Of a stretch of 64,000 nucleotides of DNA, positions 38,221 to 50,500 are shown in pieces. The position numbers and the translations under genes were made by a program. The stretch lies in NCBI RefSeq assembly GCF_963921235.1, contig NC_086108.1, forward strand, positions 44,456,001-44,520,000, in the 5' to 3' direction. The notes under the pieces are model-generated. The model searched no databases. It was not told the origin of the DNA and saw nothing but the letters and a program-made list of their open reading frames with translations. Origin of the DNA: Mobula hypostoma. Taxonomy: Eukaryota. Within the stretch, counting starts at the first letter, position 1; each line of letters begins with the position of its first letter.

Positions 38221-39230
38221 TTGTTACTCTTATATTTTGCAATTTATACCTTTTACGCCCTTGCACTGTAGTGTTGCCATGAAACACCTAATTTCATATC
38301 ATATGTCAATGATAATGATTCTGGTCATGAAACACATGATGCTACATCTCATTTTTACTTCTGTTGGAGTGTGGCAGGGAAATCCATTCAAGAATGGCAA
38401 AACTTTCTTGCTCTCTACAAACAATACACTTCTTCCCCCTCCCCTCTCCCCCCCCCCTCCAACCTTGGCCTCTGTCCTTGCCAACCCAGAAAAGAATACT
38501 GGTTTGTGTACAAGGTTGAGGGTGATGGCAAATCTCGTTTGTGCGTAAGCCATGTAATAAAGTGTTGTACAAGTTTTACACTGGTCAGATGTTCTGCTCA
38601 GAATCAGTGATTTGTTAGGGTGAATGGGGAAAAAGGAAGATGAAAAGTAATGACGTGAGCTTTTGCAAATATTTTTTTCTCATTGTGTGTACAGAACAAC
38701 GTTGACTGTTGGAGTTGCAATTGCACAAAACATTGAATCTCTGGACAGCTGTTTTAGTAGCTGTCAGGTTATGAGACTTACGATGCTGAGATGTCTCTAA
38801 GCAGCCTAATTTGACAGGAATAAATCTGTCACAGTCCAAATTTGCTGGGTATGTGGTTAAAAGCAGGACCATTAGATTTGGTTAGAATTCAAGAGGGAAG
38901 AAATTGGGAAGTGTAAGTTTCAAACGTGCCAAGGGTTTTGGGAAAAAGATCTCTCGTTTAACAGCATCTGGGTGTGTGAGGAAAGCATCCAGTTTTTTTT
39001 ATAGGTGAAAGGACTGTGACACAGTGTGCAATGGATCAGTGGATGTTGAGTTTCCAGAACAATGTGAAAAGGAACTGTGGTAATTAGGCACAGATTGCTC
39101 TTTGTAAATGAATCTCTTGCTCTGGTAGTGAGTGAACTGTTCCCACCGAGTTTAACCTTTTGCCACAAGGGGTTCAGGGAAGTATGTCATTGTGACAGAG
39201 GTTTGAATCTGAATGTTTTATTTCTTGCAG

Positions 39231-39320
39231 AGTGCGGCGGCAGCTCCAAGTCCAGTGCTTGGAAACATTCCTCCCAGTGATGGGATACCAGGAGGCCCCA
39301 TTCCTCCAGGCTTTTTTCAG
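39231..39320 (+). CDS. SSBP3: SSBP3 coding exon (90 nt, phase 0/0), [30 protein letters not shown]
   Basis: Acceptor tttatttcttgcag and donor CAG/gtaaaa. The translation matches, from memory, human SSBP3 [30 protein letters not shown] directly after the LUFS domain. Confidence 0.96.
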
Positions 39321-40089
39321 GTAAAAAGGTTTTATGATCTTAAATGTTTTGACCAATTTATTCCTGATTTTACAAACACTGTATTTGTAAAGTTTTTTTC
39401 CTCTCTCTAGAACAGTGATAATTTGTTAATATTGGTGCTTTGACGGGTTATTTAGGTGGAGAAAGTTATAGATGATGCAGAACACTTTATCTTCCATCAG
39501 TTGATCTGATTTCTACCAGTATGATGCCTGAGTTGACCTTCACAAGCAAGTGAACTATGCATCATTGCATTTCATTGGCCGAGAGTTGAGATTCAAATGA
39601 GTAGCTAAAAATGGCAGGCAGATTCAAAAACAGGCTTTGTTATTGGTTGAGTTGCCTCAGTATCCAAATTACAGTCTATTTGAAGGTTAAACTGTAGCTT
39701 TTTTTTAACCATGTTATCACTGATGGTTGTGATTCCTTCTGTATTTGTGGATCTGAACTATTTGGCTTGTTGAAGGTGCAGGTGAGTTTGATGTTCAACT
39801 GAAGCGGATGGTGCTTTGATTCCTGTCAACAGATTCCACTTTGGAATCTCGTGTCAGAGAAGTTGTGGTTGAAGATGAGTGAGGGTCTGGGGATCATTTT
39901 AGTCATTGGTGTTCTCTTTATTGATTGTGAGAAACTAAGCTCTGGTACCACTTGACGATTTCAAAATGTCCCTGCGCCCTTTACAGGCAGTGAAGTATTG
40001 CAAAGATGAATTGCCTTGACACATACAATGGTATTTATATAACATCTTTAACAAAGAAAAATCATCAGTCAGAATCATAAGCAATAAAA

Positions 40090-40330
40090 AAAAAAGGTGC
40101 TTCCACTCGCTGACTCTGCACCAACTGTCAAATATCCATTTGTACGAATCCCTTTTTCTCCTCGCATTCCTATCACCTACACACTGTGGCCAGTCATGAA
40201 CCCAAGTCTTTGGGATGTGGGAGGAAACTAGAGTGTCCTGAGGAAAATGTGGAGACCCCATATACACATGCACGTGGTCCTTAGCTCAGATTGGTGGAAC
40301 TGAGGCAGCAGTTCCATTAGCTGCACCTCG
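40090..40330 (-). mobile_element. V-SINE-like element
   Basis: gtctttgggatgtgggaggaaactagagtgtcctgaggaaaa is the reverse complement of the V-domain. Confidence 0.7.
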
Positions 40331-40531
40331 GTGATGGCCCAAAGTATTTGAACATTTTTCTGGTGTACTATTAAACAAAAGTTGACCCAGAGCCTCATGA
40401 AATTAGGGCAGGTGGCCAGAACAGCTAGATTTGAAAGCACATCTCAAGAGTTAGAAGGAATTGCGGAACTTGAGCCCTTGTCTGCTGAAGGTATAGACTC
40501 CAGTGATTGAGCAGTAAAAACAAAACCAGAG

Positions 40532-40614
40532 CAGGAGTTGCCAACCAAGGGTTGGTCCATGGACTCCTTGCTGAATGGTATTGGTGTGTGGTACAAAAAT
40601 GCTGGGAACTCCTG
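40532..40614. mobile_element. hAT MITE (same family as 31953)
   Basis: CAGGAGTTGCCAACC...GGTCCATGGAC...GCTGGGAACTCCTG. Confidence 0.7.
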
Positions 40615-41379
40615 AGTTGGAGGAACACAAATGATATAGAGTTGTATTGATGAGTAAGGCTGCTGAGCAATTGGAAAATCAGGGTGATAATTTCAAAATG
40701 AAGTTTGAATAGGTCAGTCAACACTGTTGTAGTGATCAGAACTTGGCAAGAGTTGAGATAAAGGCTGCAAATTTTTAGGTGTCTTCCACTTTGTTGTGAA
40801 TGGACTGGCTAGTAGGGTACCAATGGCCTGGATGAGGGTTGTAGTGGCTAGCCAAGTTGAGAAAAGGATGGATATCAGGAAATAGATGATTGTAGCAATG
40901 GCATAGTCTGAAGTTCATTTTTGGATGAACCAGAATACAAAGACTGCAAACGATCTTATTCCATGTGTCAGTTGCCTGGGAAATGGATGGAGCTGGTGGT
41001 GAAGGGATGTTTCTGACTGGGACATGAAGATAAATGACTTCAAGCTTTCCAACGTCATGGTGTCAGTCCTGAATAGAATGGTTTTAATCCACATCACAAA
41101 AGGAGATGTTATGATACTCTTGAATCCAGATCAATATTTTCTACATTTATTTTACAACTACAAATTGAGTGGTTTTTTAAAAAAAACTTTGATTGCTTCC
41201 TTCAAGAATAATTTTGTTCATTGAATGTAGAACTCATAGTTGCATAGGCACTGGGATATAGAGTATTTTGATGGATTTAGTATTTTTCCTCATCTAAACT
41301 TGGTTTGGGGTTATACAAAATTCTGTTTCCTAACATACTGTACATTGTGTAACAAGATTAAGAGCTGGCCTCTGGCCCT

Positions 41380-41845
41380 GAACTCTGCTCTTCAAGTTTA
41401 GATAGATTATTGTCCCAGGATGCAGTGAAACTACTTGATCATCAGCTACTCACCACTGATTTTTTCACCATCAATTGCTCTCCTGCCTTCTCCCCACATC
41501 TACTGATTCCTTTATCAGATTCTAATTTGTCAGTTCCTCAATTCAGAAATTCACAACTTTGTTTCAAGTCTCCTGTTGGCTTTGCCCTTCCTTATTTTCA
41601 AGCTTTACAACCCGCAAGTCACTATTCTGGCTTGTGGGCATCTCTGATTCCTTGGTCTACCTTTGGAGGCTGCTTTATAATCTCTAAACTCTGTGATTTG
41701 CTCCCTTAATCCCTCTGCACCTTTTAAAATGCTAATGTAAATTTTGGTAATTTGTCCTAGTTTCTCCATACTGACTTGATCATAATTTTCTCCTGTAAAA
41801 TGCCTTCTGGCATTTTGCATTGTTTTAAATGCAAACTGCTATTGT
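41380..41845 (+). mobile_element. Old L2 LINE 3' fragment
   Basis: ttcagaaattcacaactttgtttcaagtctc; 3' end tgtaaaatgccttctggcattttgcattgttttaaatgcaa. Confidence 0.45.
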
Positions 41846-41932
41846 GTGGCCTTGCAATATTACCACCTGGTTTCATTTTTGAAAGTCATTGTGGCTGAAG
41901 TTTGGTCAAGTAGCTGAATTAAAGAAAAACAA

Positions 41933-42110
41933 AAGAAACTGCAGATGCTGGAAATCTAAAATAAGAACAGAAAATGTTGGAAATACTGAACAGACCAAGC
42001 AGCATCTGTTGAAAGAGAAACCAGTTTACTTTTAAAGTTCAACCCTGAAATGTTAACTCTGTTTATTTTCCTACAGATGCAGGCTAATCTTGAGTATTGC
42101 CAGCTTTTTA
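41933..42110. mobile_element. Inverted pair of old Penelope-like termini joined at the hammerhead region
   Basis: - copy ctgcagatgctggaaatct..agcagcatctgttgaaagagaaaccagttt then + copy cctgaaatgttaactctgttt..cagatgc..tgagtattgccagc. Confidence 0.7.
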
Positions 42111-43750
42111 TTTGATTATAATTGACTTAATAGATGAGTCTTGGGGACTGACGTGCTTGAGATAGGGTAATTCCAGAAAGGATCCTTTTGCTGTTGCTTA
42201 TTTGCAGCAGTTGATGTTCCTGAGTTCTGAATTGGAGTAGGGAGGAGAAAAATCAGATAAATATTGTGGTATGTCTTTGAGAGCCATTGGAAATTGGCAC
42301 ATTTTGATGGTAGATTGTGAGATTGGGCAGAGGCCCTGGGCATTTTGCAGTTGTACTGCCGTACCACTGGCCAACTTTTGAGGCACTCTGTGAAAGTTCC
42401 TTTTCTGGTAGGCTTATTACAGACTGTAAGTGCCCTATCAACAAAATTCTTCTGTGCAGCAGCATCCCTAGAATCATGGAACCATTTGCTGGCCTTAAAG
42501 AGTCGATCAGCCCCACACGGATTTCATGAGAGTAGTGCATTCCTCTTTGAAAGTTGCAATTAAACTTGCGTCACCAACGTGTTAAACAGTCCAAGTCAGC
42601 TTTCATTTTTTTTTATAAAAAGGAGCAATCATTCCCAAGGATTTTTCTAATTATCTTAAGTCAGTGACCTTTGATTTTTGTTTTGCTTGCAGTTCGAAAT
42701 GTCTGTTTCCTGTACCAGTGTTTTGAATTTTGAAAACCAGTTTAATCTTTGCTTTAATGAGAACGCAGTTTTTTGGGCCTTATTTTGGTCAATTTTTTTT
42801 TGTATTTACTTTCTCAAGACATTGTTCATGAATGAAGTAAGGAGGGAAAAATGAACTGATTTGTATTCTTAATTGTACCACCCTATTTAGATAACATTTG
42901 TTAAAAAATCGGTTTCTTTTAACTTTAAAATATTAATTGGGTAATCTTTTGAACAGCTTTTAGCTGTATTCTTTTTATCATGGCCCAATGATGGTCAAAG
43001 TAATGTTGCTTGTTGTGATGAGCATCGTGAATGAATCTCAGGAGAGGATTTTATAACAAACATGCTGTCAACTCACCAGAGAGCAAGTTTAATAGGGCCA
43101 CATAATGGAAAAGGGAAAATGACATTCATCACAAAGCCAGCAGGCAGATGTGTTAATTATGCAAGCATAGGAAATATGTAAATTGCTATTAATCTCACTC
43201 GGGGTCAAAAATTCCACTAGTCCCAGACTGGGACCATCGGAAATTATTCTTCAAAGTCTGAGCTAATGGATTTGAAACCAGAGACAACATAATGCATCCT
43301 GCAGTGTTCATGTGAGATTTAAAACTTTGTACTATATCATGGATGGCATTATTGCTGTTCAAGGGTGTTTGCTCTTCAAAACTCGATAAAGCATTTTGAG
43401 AATCCAAAAAAAACCCCAATAAATATGAAAATAAATTCTATATTTTGCATTGTATAAACTGGCCCAGATCCCTTGTTTAGGATTGCTACAGCAAATGGCA
43501 TGGCAACAGTTTAGTAAATTTAAACAGAATAATTTTTGGAAGGTATTAAATATTTAATAGTCTCAAAAATTGCAGCCAGATGCAAATTAGCAAATGTGAA
43601 CTGGGTTGGTTTATTTTTGAATTTATGCTTCAGCATTAAATAAAACTTCAGCGCAGTCTTGAATGATGTAGGGGAGTCTCATGCAATCTCTACCTTTAAC
43701 CACTTAAGTGTGCCTGCATCTTGCAGTGAAGGAAAATACCTGCCTTCCTA

Positions 43751-44085
43751 AGCAACACAAACAAAATGCTGGATGAACTCAGCAGGTCAGGCTAAATCTA
43801 TGGAAATGAGTAAACAGTCAATGTTTCGGGCCGAAACCCTTCTTCAAGACTGGAAGGGAAAGGGGAAGGCACCAGAATAAAAAGATGGGGAAGGGGAAAG
43901 AGGACCAGCTAGAAAGTGATAGGTGAAGCCAGTTGGGTAGGAGAGGAAGGAATCTGATAGGAGAGGAGAGTGGACCAAAGGAGAAAGGGAAGGGGGGGCT
44001 GGGGGAAGTGGTAGGCAGGTGAGAAGAGGTAAGAGGCCAGAGTAGGGAATGGAAGAAGAGGGGAGGGGGAGGATTTCTTTATTGG
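43751..44085 (-). mobile_element. Penelope-like pLTR fragment with hammerhead remnant
   Basis: - strand CAGTC-TTGAAGA-AGGGTTTCGGCCC-GAAA-CATT-GACTG; imperfect flanking duplication aaggaaaatacctgccttccta / aaggagaaactgcattccta. Confidence 0.87.
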
Positions 44086-44354
44086 AAGGAGAAACTGCAT
44101 TCCTACTCAGACTTGGGATGCCTTTCTGAAAATTGTTCCCAGGGACAATACGAGGCAAAAGGAGGGATCATAGATGGCTTTAAGAGAATTCTTTTTTTTT
44201 TGTGAATGCAGTCTCAATGAGTTACTGCATGGTAAACAAAAAGTGTACAACAAAGAATGCAATTTTAGGTTCTCTCCTTGGAAAGTGCTGATCTCATACC
44301 AGTGTACAGCTTTGGCACTGGTAGCATTTTGGTAAGTCGCATATGAGTCTAGAT

Positions 44355-44421
44355 CAGGGGTTCCCAACCTTTGTTTATACCATGGGCAAGGGGTTCATGG
44401 ACCCCAGATTGGGATTCCCTG
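44355..44421. mobile_element. hAT MITE (same family as 31953)
   Basis: CAGGGGTTCCCAACCT...CATGGACCCC..ATTGGGATTCCCTG, preceded by GTCTAGAT. Confidence 0.75.
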
Positions 44422-45260
44422 CTCCAGGTGATAAGTGTTGGCAAGATATTCAGTAGTAAAGTACAATGATCATGTCCAGACTACACACGCCTTTACTCTT
44501 CCTGTCCATTCTTCCCATTAGGTTTACAATACAATAATGTACACAATTCCCATCATTGTAATGGGCACAGTGTAAATCATGGCATTGTATTTGCATTCTA
44601 CTGCTGTACCGCTACTGGGTCTTGTTGAAGCATGAATAATTTACAAAGGTGGTTCCCAGTACTAATCCACATACAACATTTTAAATGAAAATTCTTTTTA
44701 AAATGAGGATATCCTGATCTATATTAGTGCCATCATGTATTAACACTTACTCAGCTTGAGAGCTTTCCTATATAGAAACATGAAAAATTGACCTAGTACA
44801 GGTTCTCATTGCAGCAGTGGTTCTTGAGTGGTTGTCTTGTAAATTTAACCTTCATCTCCAGTCCAATTGGCACACCTATATCACACAACCTTAGTGTATA
44901 GTCAAACCAAAGATATTTCAAATATGATAGAAGCAACAACGCAATTGATGTTCCATTCATTCTGACTTGCTCTATGCACTGAATAGTGAAGGATTGATCT
45001 TCATTGAGTTATAACATCTCTGATAACAGACATACAATCAGAGCTGTTCCATTTATGGAGTGAGTAGATCCTTGGTTCTTAATTCTTGTTCCCCTGATTT
45101 GGCATCACCCATATTCCTTGTGGTATTGGCTGCTCAGTGTCACTTCACTTGCAAGGGCATTCTTCATCTAAGTCCAGGTGATGAGAATTACTTGGTTGTT
45201 CAGCCAGTTGGAGGTATTTTGTCCTTTGGAGGTGCAGTTTGTTTTACATGAACATCACTT

Positions 45261-46068
45261 CAAAGATTCAATTTAATGTCAGAAATGTATACAATATACA
45301 TCCTGAAATGCTTTTCCTTCGCAAAACATCCATGAAAACAGAGAAGTGCTCCAAAGAATGAACGAAAGTTAGAAGTGAGAACCCCGGTCCCCTTCCCCCT
45401 CCGCTCCCCCCCCCGCACGTAAGTGGCAGCAAGGCAATGATATCCCCTCCCCCCAGCAAAAAAGAAGCGCGGCCGTTACCAAGCACAAGTGTGAGCTAAG
45501 CGATAGCAAAGACCTAGACCTTGCAGTTACCCCAAAGACTATCGCATTTCATCCGGCATTCAGCAGCCCACAGGTTCTCTCTCTCCCCAGTAAGGGAGAG
45601 GGAGGTGTCCCCCATTTTCACTGTGAGCGGGATACATAACAACAGTCCGCTGGTTTACAATGTTAAAAAGTCCATTTCGTTGCTTTTTTCGAGCTCTGTG
45701 CCCAAAGATCGCAAAGATCTTGGGTCTTTGGGCCCACAGCGATAAATTTTCCGGTCTCCCCAACGACATGCGAGTCTCCTACCGCGACACTCAATCCGCC
45801 CGTCTCTAGAGCCCTGAAATCGTAGGCTTCTGAATTCGAGCTGGACTCTCAGGTTGAACCCTTGGTGTGCCGAACATCGGCCAATCCTGAAACCCCGAGA
45901 ACGGGTCCCATTCCTGCAAAGAACCGAAGTCTGCGTGTAACTTCAGGTCAGGGACTTCAAAAGAACCCTGAAAGGGAAAAATAAAGATATTAAAGATGGA
46001 AATAGAGCTGTTTCCGAAGATGCAAAGCAAAGAAGTCGCCGTTTAGCGCCATCTTAACTCCGCCTCCA
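45261..46068 (-). mobile_element. Non-autonomous LINE derivative (Rex/Babar-like 5' and 3' ends) inserted in the BEL 5' LTR
   Basis: - strand begins GGAGGCGGAGTTAAGATGGCGCTAAACGGCGAC and ends ctgacattaaattgaatctttg; CpG-rich; no RT. LTR sequence resumes on both sides. Confidence 0.65.
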
Positions 46069-47453
46069 ATCTTCTGTAGGTAACTTCCTATATGTAACCT
46101 GTTGTTTTGCATCATTTCTTGCACGGATTAATTTGGATTTCAATTTGTAGCACATGGTGGAAAGACATCCATCTCTATGCACTCTTTATTTGCCTTGAAA
46201 CGTCAATATCTTTTCACAAGAAGGATCTCATTTAAAAACCCCGAAGAAAGCTTCCGGCTCAGGTGATATTTGAGAAGGTGTTTAACTCATTGCATAGCTT
46301 TGTGTATACACACTACAAACACACACTGAACGCTGTACACGACAGTGTCATCCTCTGACCTGAGCAACATTGATCACCAAGACTTAGAAATGAAGTCAGA
46401 ATGTAGCGCATTGACTGTGTCATTGCGATGCTTAAATGAATCAGCAGCAGAGCCAATGCAGCAAGAATAGGAGCGAGCGGCTTATGCTAAACAAGAAGTT
46501 GAGATGCAAACAGAGAAAGCTTGCGTAGATGTAGAGAGAATGAGTGTAGAGGCTATGTTAAATGTACTTGGGGAAGAAGACGAGGCTGAGGCTGCCTCAG
46601 CAGAGGCCAAGGTGTATGATGCAGCAGCTGATTTAGATAATGGTGAGTCTGCAACTAGAATCAGTAATAGTTTGCCATCACAAGAACCAATGCATCCAAA
46701 GAATATGTCCAAATGTATCTTGGCTGTGAAAAAGAAATTGGTCCAGCTGCCCACACCATACGGCCAATATGCCTTTCGCATATTCCAGGTATTGACTATC
46801 AAGGTCTACAGCAGTAAAGATCCACAAATACCCCCTTCTGCAGTTTCATCACAGCAAAAACCTCTGTCAAGAGTTGCAACTGATACCGATTTCAACTGCA
46901 CAGACATGGACAGACTGAGCTTCCATCTATCCCAGGACATACATTTGGCAAACCAGTCTCCACAATGCTTTCAATCAGGAGCCTTAGGTGCATTAAATTT
47001 CGCTTGGTATCTGTAACCTAGTCACAGCAGGACTAAAGTGTTTGGCAACTGGTCGACCCGTTATCTATCCTGGAAATCAAGCTTCTGCAATGCCATGGGG
47101 AAGAGCTAGACCTTCTCTAAGTGGCTTGATGTTACTGCAACATGCAAGAAAGGTTAGAGTGGTGCACATTAATAATCCAGCTATGGCTTTACAAATGCTG
47201 TTGGAGAGGTGGACAAATTCTGTGACTCTCTAGAGGCAATCGAAGGATATCTCTTCAGCAGACTCTTAATTTTCCAAACCTCTCACACAAAGAATAGCAG
47301 AAGCTACTGGAGTTTGCAGATATGTTGTCAGAACAAAACAAGGGTTACCTACGAGGACTGAGTTACTTGGACATGGCAAGAGGAATAAACCCTACAGTGC
47401 AGAGACTACCAAGCAAGAACAGTGGATAACTAAACAAAGCATCATGCCCACTA

Positions 47454-47583
47454 GGGTCTCGGCCTGAAACGTCAACTGCACCTCTTCCTAGAGATGCTGC
47501 CTGGCCTGCTGCGTTCACCAGCAACTTTTATGTGTGTTGCCTGAATTTCCAGCATCTGCAGAATTCCTGTTGTTTGCGTTTTT
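47454..47583 (+). mobile_element. Short Penelope-like 3' terminus with perfect 13-bp TSD, nested in BEL
   Basis: ATCATGCCCACTA at 47441-47453 and 47584-47596; starts GGGTCTCGGCCTGAAACGTCAACTG. Confidence 0.92.
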
Positions 47584-50500
47584 ATCATGCCCACTATCTG
47601 TCATTTTTCATTCTTTGTGGATTCCGTCTGCTGCCACACAGAAATGCGAAATGATCCTAGTTTTATGTTCTCAGCTTCAGGTAACACATCTTTCAAAGAG
47701 GTTTTCGGTTCGGTAAAAGCATGAGAAACGAGAACACTTACAACGGTCAACAAAACTTAAGTTGAAAACTCTGTTATGAACCTCAGTAGACAATGCCCTG
47801 ACCATCAGAAACCTACCCCCTTTAAGAAATGCAGAGAGTTCAGCAAGAAACCGCTTGCAGACTGGAGACACTTTCTGAAGGCGTACTCAATATGTTTCAA
47901 ATGTTGTGCCTCAACAGAGAACTAAGGAGTACCTGCAGCAGAGCACAGAGGGGAGCCAACTGAGCCAATGGATTTATTGTGAAGTCAATAGGAGGAGAGG
48001 TCTACTTACTCTTGCCAACCCTCATTGAGTGCGGCCATGTCCCCAACAACAGGGATGACATTCCAATTCCTGAAGCTGCACACGAGGACGTAGCTGACTA
48101 GATCCCTCACTGATTCTTCTGCTGAGGTTCTCCTGTTGCTTGGCAGAGACACCATCTGTGCACGTAAGGTACACGATCAGCGCAGTGGTCTGCTCAGCTC
48201 ACCTTATGCCCAATGACTGGACCTGGGTTGGATCACAGTGGGTGAAGTCTACCGTGATGGTGTTCATCAGCCCACTGTCAGCACATTTAAGACTAATATC
48301 CCGGAGAATGTGCACCTAAGTCATTTCAGACTCTGAGAGTAGAATCTATATGAAAGAGAAGATTGTAGGCGAGCAAACCAAGCATCCTGACATACTTCTG
48401 CTCAATCAGATTTAGGCAAGCTGGTTTTCTGTCACTCAGATGATTATAAGCTGGCATCTTCCATCGAAGATGAAGTCTTCCTTTCAACTATGAAGAGTTC
48501 AGCAAAGATGAGTCGAACAGTTGGGTATCTTCCCTTCCTTGCTGCTCTCCAAGACAACTCCTACCAGACAACAGAGAGCAGGCTCTCAGTTGACTCATGT
48601 CCCTCAGTCACATTGAGAAGGAAACCGGAAATGAAAGATCATTACGCAGAGTTCACGGAGAGACCTCAGGGACAATAATGCTGAGTAAACACCTCCGCCA
48701 GATCCCAAAAAAGAAAACTGGTATTTGCCCAACTTTCATGTTTACCACCCCCAGAAACCTGCATAAATACGAATTGTTTGATTCAAGTGCACAGTTCAAA
48801 GATGTATCACTGAGCAATGTGTTCTTGCAGGGTCCAGACCTCCATAACTGTCTGCTTGGGGTTGTCATGTGCCTCAGAGCTGAGTCTGTCCCAGTGATGG
48901 TAGACTTAGAACAAATGTTCCACTGCTTCCTCATGAGAGAGGATCATCAAGTCTACCTCAGATTCTTGTGGTTTCGGGGCCACCAACTGGACATCGAGAT
49001 TCTGGAGTACAGTAAGAAAGTTCATGTATTTGATAACTGTCCCTTCCTTGCCAGCTCTGGTAATCAGCTATCAAGGGAGAGAAGGAATTCTAGGCTGAAA
49101 CACAAAGGTATCTGAAGGCAACAGACATTGCTGGACGTAGTGAAGTTGGATTCATCCTGGGCAAGGCAAAGTGTGGCCCAATTGTCATTCTGAGTAAGCA
49201 CCATGTCTAATGTCTGCTCATTAGACATTGCCACCATGAACAACATTTTCCAAGTGAGAACGGTTCAAGACTGTTTTCAAGGCTAGTTTCTGAGACTATC
49301 CTTCTGTTACCAAAGACTTAATGAGTCGACATTTGTCTTTTAGTTTCAGTAATTAATTTGACATCCTATGGATGCCGGGGGAAGTGTTCTGGACTTTAGA
49401 GGCGCAGTTCGTTTCCTATGCAGTTTGTTTTGCATGAACATCACTTCCTGCATGTGAGCATTTTTTTTATATCATTTCCTGCACGGGTTAATTTAGATTT
49501 CAGCTTGAAGCACACGGTGGAAAGACATCCATCTTCATGCACTCTTTATGTACCTTTGAAACAGCAATATCCTTTCACGAGTAAGAAAGGTCCCATTAAA
49601 AACCCTAAAGAAAGCTTCTGGCTCAGGTGATTTTTGACTCACTGCATAGCTTTGTATACACTTAATGCACTGCAAGGGCAGTAGAAGGGGCATTGCAGGC
49701 AATTTAGTTCACCACTAATATGTTTGCCATATAGGTACAAACACGTTCCAACAGTTCAGCTCTGTGTTTTAGTGATCAGAACCGAAAATCCAAACTGACT
49801 TCCTCCTTCCCTGAACTCTGCACTCTCCAACCCTATACCATTCAGGCAAAGTAAACATTAATTCCAGATAAGTTTTCGCTTTCTCTATTTCAAATGATCT
49901 TGCTCCTTGTTTTTATTTTACAAACTTGAAAGGTAGGTGCAATTTTTCTCACTTCTTCTCTGACAGATGGTTCTTTATGAATTAACGAATGGCCTAATGT
50001 TCAAGGTATAGTTTTTCCAGTAATTCATGGCTGATCTGTTTGTGTTCTACCTTAAATTGGAAACTTTTAGGCTACGACCATCAGGTTTTCTTTTCTACAG
50101 AAACTAGCCATGTAGAGTTTGAACCACCACTGTTGAAATGGAAAGTTGCTCATAAATCAATGTCCACTGCTGTGTTTGCTACGCATCAGCAGTTAGCCTG
50201 CAGCGTGAGGAATAACAAAGCAGCCCGTCTTGTGTGCCACCACTGCCCCCTAATGTTTTGTGATATTGTACAGAAGTGAACAACTTTGTACTGGATTTTG
50301 CACCAACATGAGTTCAGGTGGAAATTTTGAACAACTTTTGCAGGAAATGTTGGATAGACAGTTGTATACACGTCACATTGAAGAAATAGTCAGTACAGCT
50401 AACTTGACTGTTTGGTTATCAACTTCAAAAGATTTACTATTCCACTGCCCCGCACACACTTGCAATTTCTACTAATTGTGTAAGTGTGTGTTTGTATGTA

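Larger units (their letters stand above)
45215..49665 (+). mobile_element. BEL/Pao LTR retrotransposon, internally deleted, with two diverged LTRs (about 45215-46320, split; about 49385-49665)
   Basis: Direct repeats ggtggaaagacatccatct..gcactctttat..gaaagcttc.ggctcaggtgat at about 46160-46310 and 49517-49660; gag-like EAEAASAEAKV; RT FDSSAQFKDVSLSNVFLQGPDLHNCLLGV..DLEQMFHCF..YLRFLWF; YLK..GFILGKAK; purine tract GCCGGGGGAAG|TG at 49385. Confidence 0.9.

Noticed and set aside
1..39230. LUFS-domain exons of SSBP3
   Set aside because: I found no sequence encoding VFWDLYCAAPERR or similar; these exons are presumably upstream of the window.
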